The position numbers and the translations under genes are program-made. Below are positions 55,501 through 64,000 of a stretch of 64,000 nt of DNA, in pieces. Within the stretch, counting starts at the first letter, position 1; every line of letters begins with the position of its first letter. The stretch comes from Balanoglossus misakiensis (Eukaryota; Animalia; Hemichordata), in assembly GCA_040954595.2 (NCBI GenBank), contig CM082583.2, forward strand, positions 12,686,987-12,750,986. Direction: 5' to 3'. The notes under the pieces were generated by a model. It was not told the DNA's origin. It did not search any database and saw only the letters and a program-made list of their open reading frames with translations.

Positions 55501-56811
55501 CCAGGAAATTTATAAATTTGATAAGTTTGATGGAAAACAAAAACATTACTGAAGTTAGAGCTGAGAAGATACATTGATTTGGACCAAAAATGTGATTTAA
55601 AAATATTCCAAATATGATTTAAAAATATACTCAGTTCGACTATATATACTTCAGCAAAAAAAATATAGTTCTGAGATTTACTTTTAGTACTGTGGTTCTG
55701 GTCTATCATCCTGAAACTGAAACTGATTCTTGGAATCAAACACATTGCCACATGAAACTGTCTCATAAAAATACCATCTAAAAGACAAAAGAAACCGACA
55801 GAATGATGTAAAACCTGGAACTACCAATGAGACAAATTGAATTTCTACAGTCAGATAGTACCTACTAAAAGTTAAACTACACACGCATTTTCTGAAATTC
55901 AGTGAAGTTGGCAGGGAAAACAAATGTTTTATCATGAACAAGTATCCATACTACTGAAACTACAGAGACAGTAAAATTTTTTCATATACTGTACTACAAC
56001 TAACTTCATTGCATTTACAACACATATTTACTGTATCTTTCCCATGGTGACTCACGACAGGATCTTTAAACTTCAAGGAGGCGACAGGCCAAAATTTAAA
56101 TTTACACATAAACTGTCCTTATTTCTTCGTTTAACACTAAATATCATTCTCCTACTGGCCAACTACTAACAATTTATTTTAGTAATGTTCGTAAAAATGT
56201 AGACACTTTCGTATCTATACCACACAACAGATCCACTGGAATATGGACGGGATGATTAGAAACCTACATGAAGCTGAAATGGTACATTTGTAACTGTTTT
56301 TTCTTTGACAATAAGTATACTTTTAACTCTGAATTTACTCAACAGTAAAAGGCTAATGGTATTTTCGTCTTCCGTTCTGACGAAAGTGACACACATGGCT
56401 GCACGGAATGAATGTCAACGTAACCGGAGAGATCAACCGCGAGATTCAGTTTCAAGTTTTTTTTACGCAACTGTCCCGGGAGAGTCAAGTCTGAAGTCGG
56501 ACGGTTCTAGTTCTACTACAGGATGCTGATCCCTTGTCATAAAACGAACAAATCCATTGCTTAACATCAAAACGCAGTGTGAAAAACATGAACTGTGTCT
56601 CTCCATCAATAGTGTATGAGCCATAAAGATGACTGTTTATACTGCTAAGGATAAGTTAGTTGACGATAGTTATGTTTTGCGAACAGCAAAATGTGAACGT
56701 AAACTAACTACATCACGAACCTGGTGCTTGTGAGTGAGAGTAAAGCATCGACTGAACGACAACACACCAAGTCATCCACCAACCTATCGTCGGATAAAAT
56801 AGTTTTACCAT
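22644..56811 (-). CDS. Predicted type-I membrane protein (signal peptide, antistasin-like, Ig, TM, R/H/S-rich tail). join(56811-56721,47220-47134,29921-29622,23729-23597,23454-22644), 473 aa
   Basis: Five exons with canonical splice sites and compatible phases (1,1,1,2) total 1422 nt in one open frame, with a coherent domain order. Extra unseen exons cannot be excluded. Confidence 0.7.
23597..23729 (-). CDS. Transmembrane exon (not in the ORF track)
   Basis: Poly-T acceptor ...TTTTTTTTGTAG; KADRVNHGGGSQTRAIPVAASASAISLIVVLLAIVAWYFLVRK; donor CA|GTAAGA; phase 1 to 2 links the Ig and tail exons. Confidence 0.9.
25200..26360 (-). pseudogene. Probable decayed cGAS-like receptor / Mab-21-family nucleotidyltransferase fragment, intronic
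   Basis: Colinear broken frames: SPAHTLFLSINTTSVKCSDVTYVP, CCLSKAIQVYKNIRSEF, PILSYILPRAITCLL, CFVCASHLLSFL...PFSVGENVY, interrupted by stops and frameshifts. Similarity judged by eye only. Confidence 0.4.
28381..28406. repeat. (GATT)n microsatellite
   Basis: tgattgattgattgattgattaattg. Confidence 0.75.
29622..29921 (-). CDS. Immunoglobulin-domain exon (phase 1-1, 300 nt)
   Basis: QLYCTVAG...VVAWHQ...NNTLWILDAQESNAGLYACV with Ig C-W-GxYxC pattern; acceptor TTTCTTTCTTCAG, donor GTAAGT. Confidence 0.92.
44834..45267. mobile_element. MITE with long terminal inverted repeats, Tc1/mariner-like (TA target-site duplication)
   Basis: Arms 44834-44990 and 45111-45267 are 157-bp reverse complements with one mismatch seen; ends TA|CAGCCGAAATT...AATTTCGGCTG|TA; 120-bp non-coding spacer. 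Confidence 0.9.
47134..47220 (-). CDS. Antistasin-like cysteine-rich exon (phase 1-1, 87 nt)
   Basis: CSVFECGLDCSSGFLTDAEGCPLCHCIP fits the antistasin-type C..C..C.GF..D..GC..C.C pattern; acceptor TTTCTTGCAG, donor GTAAGT. Confidence 0.85.
52467..52545. repeat. (TCAA)n microsatellite
   Basis: atcaatcagtcaatcaatcaatcaatcaatcaatcaatcaatcaatcactgaatcagtcaatcaatcagtc. Confidence 0.9.
53962..54614. mobile_element. Non-autonomous hAT-like DNA transposon, 653 bp
   Basis: Perfect 16-bp TIR CAGTGTTCTCCCCAGA / TCTGGGGAGAACACTG; flanking direct repeat CTTATT (53956-53961, 54615-54620); subterminal TAGGATATCG/TAGCGTATCGG repeats. Confidence 0.88.
56721..56811 (-). CDS. Putative first (signal peptide) exon of the antistasin-Ig-TM gene
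   Basis: Kozak-like ACTGCCATGG; MVKLFYPTIGWWMTWCVVVQSMLYSHSQAP; donor CAG|GTTCGT (phase 1, weaker consensus); CpG-rich upstream with a CRE. Confidence 0.55.
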
Positions 56812-57030
56812 GGCAGTGTGGTAATGGGCTTGGCGTACGTGCTTCTTCCCAGTCTACGTTCCCGTTCTGTGAAACATCAACAAACGTTGTGTCTCTCTTC
56901 CAGAAAATAACGTGAAATTTAGCGCAGCTATATCTTCGGAGCGAGAAAATTGAACGCTAATGACGTCACGTACACGGATTCATCTATTTTTCAATAGGGG
57001 TAGAATATATGAAGAAGGAACTGCACGTAC
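56812..57030 (-). promoter_or_regulatory. Putative promoter/5' UTR of the antistasin-Ig-TM gene with a perfect CRE
   Basis: TGACGTCA at 56961-56968 in a CpG-enriched stretch 150 bp upstream of the predicted ATG. Confidence 0.4.
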
Positions 57031-58659
57031 GCATAAGCTTATGCTGATAAGTTATATGATATACGCGCAGTTCCCCCTGTGGTTAACGTGTGTAAGTTGC
57101 AATCGTAATTTCCACATAGCCCGTTTATTTTATTTTCTGTCATGATTTGGGATACAAACCATTTTTTTCTCTCGAAAAACGTCCCTCATTACAGTAGAGT
57201 GTAGATCACAGACCTGCCATTAGCCCTATGTCGCCCTCATTCAATCATCGAGAGAATATAAGAACGTAGGCTAGGCAATATGCAGCGGGCAATGTTATCC
57301 GTCAGATGGCTAAACAACACGCTCTATATTCTGTTGATTGAAATAGAATAACACATTTGATTGAAAATTATCGTGGTTTATATTCTTTCTGACTTAGGTA
57401 TGCGACCTTGAATTTGTATTCTAGAAAGTTTTAGTATCAGGATAATTTAAAACTGGTTGGCCTCAGTAGCTGCGTCCTCAATCCAACTAAAATCCGATGT
57501 AAAGATGTGCACAGTTTTATCGGTTCGTTGAATACCAATTTAATCAGATTGCTTAGCAACATATGTACAAATAACTGAGTATGACAGTTATTGTCATTTT
57601 TTCTATATTTGTTTCTCGGAGCTAGTGTTGGGCATCATACCCGGGCCGTTGAATGATGATTATAATTAATTTACTTAAATTGATTGGTTTTCACCAAGTT
57701 TATAATTATAGTCAGTCATTAGAAATCCAGATATCATCTTATCTGATCTTTCATCATTTTGTAACGCTAGTGAAAACGCTAGTAGCGCATGTTGGAAAAT
57801 TGTCGAATGCATTTTTCGAGGAGAGAGTATAAAACAGCGCCAGCTTAGCCACGACCACAAACACTGAAGAGCGCATGGTTAATTTCTGACTGTTGAAACA
57901 TAAAGATATCGATATATACAAACACTTATTGTGTTCTTGAGTGGTATGCGTTTGACCTTTTGAGTTGCAATAAACGTCATTTGTATCACTATGAGCTAAC
58001 GTAACTCTCCTCAAAAAGTGATTTCATGTTGTTGTTGTTGGGGTTTTTTTTTGGGGGGGGGGTGGAATTTTAGAATCGTAAGAATTACTATTAGGACGAT
58101 GCGGGCAGGTTCACACCTTGGAGATTTAATTACTCACGGGTGTAACTGAGATATGTCAAATGTAAATCATTCTCTATGAACTACGATTTATTGTTCTCCA
58201 GACAACCGAGTTGGTGAAAACAAAGTACCCGTCGGCCAATTCCACAGATGGCGCTCTAATCAAACTGAAACTTTTCGTTGCACTTATTGTGTTTTGAGAC
58301 AGATTTCTGCACAAGTATAATAGAACGTTCATTTTTGATATAGTTGCCTAACACTATATATATTGGAGTTAACATACATAGCTTTTGGTAATTTTATCGA
58401 GAAAGAAAAACATCGAAAAAATGGGTATGAAAATAAAGCGGCCCTAGAAACGCCCGCAAAATGTGTATGCCCACAATCCACAGCTGAAAATTACAACGCC
58501 CATGAGTGCTATAAGAAGCGATTTGATAGACAAAATGTGCACTTCCTTTGTCTTTAAAAACATCTCGAATGAATTGGAATATACTTGAAACATAACTAAC
58601 ATATCGGGAATTAAAATCATCATAGATAGCAGAGCGACTGCCCATACGCAACTGTAAGA

Positions 58660-58905
58660 TAGTCACGTGACCGAAACACGCATCCTACAGCTAATCCCCT
58701 CGTACAATAGGAGATTCCCGACCGTCTTTCTTGAGGAACTGTAGTTTGATATGATTTTGAGAGCATCACTTTGGTCATACACACTGCGCCCTCTTCGTAG
58801 ACTTAAACAGGTGTGACCTATCGTGACCTACCAAGGGCAGATATAAAATTGACGTCACGGTCAGGTGGTGGCGTAATTTGCTGTCACGTGACTGTCGGCC
58901 ATTTC
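58660..58905 (+). promoter_or_regulatory. Basigin-like gene promoter: two GTCACGTGAC E-boxes, TATA-like box, CRE, YY1-like motif
   Basis: GTCACGTGAC at 58662-58671 and 58883-58892; TATAAAA at 58842-58848; TGACGTCA at 58850-58857; CGGCCATTT at 58896-58904. Confidence 0.55.
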
Positions 58906-59014
58906 TGGAATTCAGGTTTAATTTGGTGTGAGGTACGGCGATTTCACTCATCTACCCGTCCAACTTTGCCCTACCCGCGATCAGCAGCACCGAACGAACA
59001 GAATTGAAGAAGGG

Positions 59015-59081
59015 ATGATGAGGTCGATACTCGGCTTGTTCGTTATAGCAGTCTCTGCGCATTTTTCCCATGGATCAGATT
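59015..59081 (+). CDS. BSG: Basigin-like exon 1 (signal peptide)
   Basis: MMRSILGLFVIAVSAHFSHGSD; donor T|GTAAGT, phase 1. Confidence 0.85.
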
Positions 59082-62000
59082 GTAAGTACTCGATCTGTGC
59101 GTGTGTTGATTATCTGATTTGGATAAAGGTGGAAGCATCATATCTGATATAAATCAGCTGAAACGGGTATTAACATGATGGCTAGCTAAATTAAAATTTC
59201 ACGTTCAGGCGTATTTCGGTCTCAACTGATCACTCGATTCATGTTGCAGCTTTTAATTGGGCCGAACTAATTAGATCGAATTTGTTTTCTGACTAAGCAA
59301 TGCGAAAAACCAACCCATCATCAACAACAAATTGTGTCCATGTCATATTTTACGAAGTTGCGTCATCGTGTTGATTCATGGTGATCAGGGATGGGGGGGG
59401 GGGGGGGGGTAGAAAGAAAGAAATTCCCAGGGGGGAGGATCGTCCAGGATAACAATTTTTGTATGCCTGGAGGTACGGTAGCTAGCCCACCCCTTTTCAA
59501 TGTCTTGTGTTCTGTGATGTCCATTTTAGCAGTGGGTGTATTCTCTCAAACTAGCCCCAGAACTACAATACATGTATACATATATTAATTGAGTTGTGCA
59601 GGTACTAAGTTGTACATGTACTAGATGTAGACCTGAGAATAGACGAACTTGAAAGTGACTGGTATTGTTTCTGTAAGGTTGACCACCGATCAAGATTTCA
59701 TTTTATTTAACATTTCTGCGTCTCAAAAATGAATCAATCATTCTGCCTAATCGGTGTGGTAATAATTTTGTTGCTTTAGTGACTGGTGAAATTTAGTGTC
59801 CAGAATGGAGAATTTGTATTATTAGCAGTTACATACATTACACTAGTACCACGCTGACACACTGTTCCTACATTTACATGTATATGCAGGTAGCAGCTAA
59901 TGTTGCAGTCTTGTATGACAGTACAATTTACAAATGGTCTGTACTAACACCAGTACATGTAGAATGAATGCAGACTTGTGGATATCAGCTATCTATTATG
60001 ACCTACGCATTTCCTGTTATTGTGTGGAGTTTGGCAGTGAAAAAGAATACTTCGGCTACAAATGTTCCGTTTGTCCTTGGTTTTTACATATTATATGTGT
60101 CAGTTAATGTCAATAAAACACAGATAGGAGATAATGAATCAAGGTGTATCTAATGATCATAATCATTTGAACCATAGCCCTCATTAAGGAGTTTAGCTGG
60201 CTTCGTTTAAGCATACATTGTACTGCATTTTTAAGTGTAGATAAACGAACCCATCTAACTGTTCCAAAGTTAATTGCTAATTACTTGGCTTGTCCTTGAT
60301 AAGGGGGAAAACCGGGGAGAGAGAATTTAATGTCTCGCCGAATCTTAAAGTTTCATATGCGTTGGTTTAAATTGTTTTGAATTAGTGTTTATTGCATGTA
60401 CTGTATTCAGGTTTGTATCGGCTGTCTTCTAGCTATTGTGCGTGATGATTTCAGGGTTGGGTTTTGTGTACAGAAGAGTGTGGGCCAGCTCTGTATAAAG
60501 GTTAATCGCGATGTTATCATCACCTCTTTGATTCTAGATTGTAGTCCCCTCAACCACCATCAGGGGAAGTTCAGCAAATCATTTGCTGAGACAGTGGTTG
60601 GTACATGAGCAGAACATCGCTTTTATTATCACTGCAACACATGTCCCATAGGGACAGTGTTGTCGCATTGCCCTCAGAATGTACCACCCAGTAAATTTAA
60701 TTTTAGAACAAATGGTATAGGAATTTATATACATGTAAATATAACAAGAAACATATGTCCACATGCAATTCAGCATTTGCCACTGAAAACTGTGTTCCCT
60801 TTTCATTATAATAATTCTTATGTCCTTTTACACAGGTTAAGTTTACATGTATATCTACCAGCTTTTACATGTAGTCCATAGTGACTTGGTCAGTTTGTTC
60901 AAGAATGCCATGATGGATTGACTTTGCTATGTAGAGGACAATAGACTGTGACATGGGGCAGGTCTATCTAGAGACGGAATAAAAAGTTCTATTTATGGTG
61001 ACAAGATGGTAAATTTTCCAGGGACACATTTAACATTGTAATTTTAGAATACCTGATAGTCGGAACTCGTAAGATCCTGTATTTTTTGTCAGAGATGTTC
61101 AGTGTAAAACATTAAAGATATCTCTTGTGAAACTGGGCACCTATTAAAAGTGGCATGGTGCAGTGTCTAATAGATGTTATTGTTTTCTAAATTCTATTGT
61201 ACCTGGTCAGATTTGCACAGAACTGTTTTTTTTATGTCCTCTGTAGTAATTTCAGCAGAATCAACATTGTGTCAGAAATGATTTACATGTATACACAATT
61301 GACACCCCAACTTGTGGCCATGTGACTTAATGACTTTCTGAAATTTCATCCTGATAACTTGTGTGTGACTAGCTGTTCAGATATCAGCGTTGAGTGGAGT
61401 CGTGTCGGTATCACACCAGAAGTGACCTTTCCCTTACAGAGCAATACACCTCCATGCAAAGTCCCTCGGTAACAACCTTGGTAATAAACAGTGACATAGG
61501 TGTGAGGCTTCAGGACAATGGTCCTCGTTCAGATTATTCTAGTACATGTAGAAATTTTCATGTCTGAGGATATTGGTATGTTTCAATAAACATAATTACA
61601 TATACTAATATTGTCGTTCATGTACATGTAATTGTAAATTCACCATGTTGTATATTTATGGTTTTTAATTCGTTGATTGATATCGCAACTCAGTTATATT
61701 GGTGTATCAAATTGACTAATAAATTCAATCATATAAAGTCTAAGTGATCGTGCTGGCCTATGGGGAGGTACATGCAATTGATATTTTATTGTTAGAGAAT
61801 TTGAATGGCACTTCAGCAGAGTGCAGTATTGATGGATACATGTTCTCATTCTCTTCCCTCTCTCTCTCCCCCCCTCCCTCCAGCGATAAACGTCAGTCCA
61901 TCGTCTGGCCTCGAATCAGTAGGAACAGTGTTTGCCTTCTCGTGTACAATTACGCCAGCAGTCGACGCCGAAACAGGACTCAAATGGACCTTTGAAAGAA

Positions 62001-63829
62001 CAGGCGAACCAATGAGGGTGACACTGTCGACATCAGCCCGCCACCAGATCTCCAGCAGCTCCGACACCGACAAGACAACCAGCATTCTGACAATCAATGG
62101 GCTGGAGGAGGAGGATAGTGGCGTGTATTACTGCAGTGACATGACAGACATGAACCAACACCAAGCCACTCTTAAAGTCTATGAAGGTACGAAACAACAT
62201 TGGCCCATTTGCTGCAACATTCTGAAATATGTTGACCTCAAAATGCTGTCTGATTTTCTCAGATATTCAGTTATTACGAAAATGCCACAATAAAAAGTGA
62301 AAATGTGATGTCATGCTCAATGATTATTTGTAGTATGAAAAATGGTAGGATACCATGCTGAATCATTCTATTTTCACAATTTGGAGGGTGAATAGTGTTC
62401 TAACTGCTGTTCCATCAGATGTATTTGTCAGTGCTTTCAGACCATGAGAGATTGGCGCTTGTGTGAGCATGTAGACACGTTTTGACACAGTTAGACATTA
62501 CTTCTGTTTGTTACGGATTAGTCAAATTAATACCAATCACCTCTAGGTGTGTTATAATGGAATCTGTGATGATTTAATTTGAACAGCCCCCAAGATCCAG
62601 ATGGTGTCCAACCCAGCAGAACCAGTCATAGATCCTAAACGTCCATCAAACATCACGCTTCACTGTGCGACCAATGGACTCACAGTCATCTGGGAGAAGA
62701 ATGGTGTTCCAGTGGGCGAGCTGGGAATACACGATCTGGACGGCGATGAGGATGTGGACGTGGAAGTGAAGGTCAACAACACGCTGGTCATTTTGAACAG
62801 TGAACTCTCCGACACTGGTGTTTATGACTGCATTGTTACACATGAAGCTCACGGCCAACAAATCTTCGAGAAGCAATCAAAGGAAGTCACAGGTAAGCTG
62901 TTTGGTGGAGTTTTTGAAATATTTAGTCTCTGTATAGGAGGATGTACATGTACTTTCACGTAGCTGGTTTTACATGTTCACCTCTATTCTCACTCTTGCA
63001 GCCCACCTGACCATGAAACTTCCCCAGTCTGTCAACCTGGAAGAAGGGGAGAACGCCAGAATTCCCTGCGAAGTGTCCAGCTTTCCTCCACCCTCCGTCA
63101 TCTGGTTCCGGGGAAGCGAATTGCTGTCCAATGGATCCAACGATGGTCACATTTGGATTATGGAGACCCCACCCGGAAGCCCCCAGCTGGTGTCCACCCT
63201 CATGATCAAGAAAGTGGTAGACGCCGACCGCGATCTCTACACGTGCAATGCTACAAATGCGGCCATGGAGAAGGTCAGCAAGGAATGCTTATTGCGTGTC
63301 AAAGGTCAGTTTGTGTACATGTATGTGAAAGCCAGTCTTGTCACACCCAAACAAAGCCGAGTATTGCAACGAGCACAAGAACTCCTAATGTGAAAATAAA
63401 ACCAGTGTTATGAACGATAATGCATCAAATATTTTATCATAAGAAAAATGACCCATATGTTTGTCACTGATTTACCGGTAATGGCCACTGTATGTGAAAT
63501 ATAAATTTTCCTTACTTTGACATCGCAGATTAAGGTCCTCTGCAGGACTGCCTATTGCTTTTCACATCACTGGTCTGTGAATCTGTAGATTGACAGCTGT
63601 TCTTGGTAAACGACCTTGTCATTCCATAGTACATCGACCAGTCTCTATCACAGGCACTGTAATAATAACATGGTGGAATTTTTTTTTCTTTTCTGGCAGA
63701 TCGCATGGCAGCTCTGTGGCCATTCATCGGAATCATGTGTGAAGTAATCCTCTTAGTTGCTATTATTTTACTTTGTGAGAGACGACAGAAGGCTAAAATG
63801 ATGCGGGCGGAGATGGAGGACATTCCAGA
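59015..63829 (+). CDS. BSG: Basigin/neuroplastin-family Ig membrane protein, 3'-partial. join(59015-59081,61884-62186,62587-62892,63002-63304,63700-63829)
   Basis: Signal peptide, three phase 1-1 Ig exons and a TM exon. LRVKDRMAALWPFIGIMCEVILLVAIILLCERRQK carries the basigin/neuroplastin/embigin signature (LWPF.GI..EV with intramembrane Glu). The cytoplasmic exons lie beyond the window. Confidence 0.9.
61884..62186 (+). CDS. BSG: Basigin-like exon 2 (Ig domain 1)
   Basis: Long polypyrimidine acceptor; FSCTI...LKWTF...SILTINGLEEEDSGVYYC. Confidence 0.92.
62587..62892 (+). CDS. BSG: Basigin-like exon 3 (Ig domain 2)
   Basis: ITLHCAT...VIWEKNG...NNTLVILNSELSDTGVYDC; donor G|GTAAG. Confidence 0.9.
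63002..63304 (+). CDS. BSG: Basigin-like exon 4 (Ig domain 3)
   Basis: SVNLEEGENARIPCEVSSFPPPSVIWFR...DRDLYTCNATN...LLRVK; donor G|GTCAGT. Confidence 0.92.
63700..63829 (+). CDS. BSG: Basigin-like exon 5 (transmembrane; not in the ORF track)
   Basis: Poly-T acceptor; RMAALWPFIGIMCEVILLVAIILLCERRQKAKMMRAEMEDIP; donor GA|GTAAGT, phase 1 to 2. Confidence 0.93.
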
Positions 63830-64000
63830 GTAAGTATGGTGCTATCCCCCCACCCCCTCCCTTTTCACCATCAGATGGTATGGTCCCATTGCGACCACAT
63901 GCTGTAATATAGGGGTGACCATTATTTTTGTCACCCAGTTAGAAAATACCTCACATAAAATGAAATCCAAAGTAGTGCTATACTGTTGGTGTCTGTTGGT

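Noticed and set aside
19000-61800. The many 60-165 aa ORFs in introns, UTRs and on opposite strands
   Set aside because: They show no domains or splice-consistent structure and have the composition of AT-rich non-coding DNA or antisense shadows of real exons.

Overview
Eukaryotic (animal) genomic DNA, AT-rich, with GT-AG spliceosomal introns. It is probably from a marine invertebrate such as a hemichordate, echinoderm or amphioxus; that assignment is inference only. Bases 1-~14003 are a highly homogeneous tandem satellite of about 160 copies of an 87-bp monomer, and every ORF listed there is a repeat artefact. The array ends about 90 bp from a candidate polyA signal of a complete 8-exon G-protein beta-5 gene (GNB5, minus strand, 352 aa). 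Upstream on the minus strand, five phase-compatible exons spread over 34 kb (56811-22644) assemble into a 473-aa type-I membrane protein: signal peptide, antistasin-like module, Ig domain, TM helix and a long Arg/His/Ser-rich tail. It lies head-to-head (2.2 kb) with a basigin/neuroplastin-family gene (plus strand, 3 Ig + TM, running off the window). One Ig domain of each gene shares an unusual acidic D-x-[DN]-x-D loop, suggesting paralogy. The introns of the minus-strand gene hold two non-autonomous DNA transposons and a probable decayed cGAS-like/Mab-21 pseudogene. Exon structures were read by eye from splice signals and reading phase; no database searches were run.
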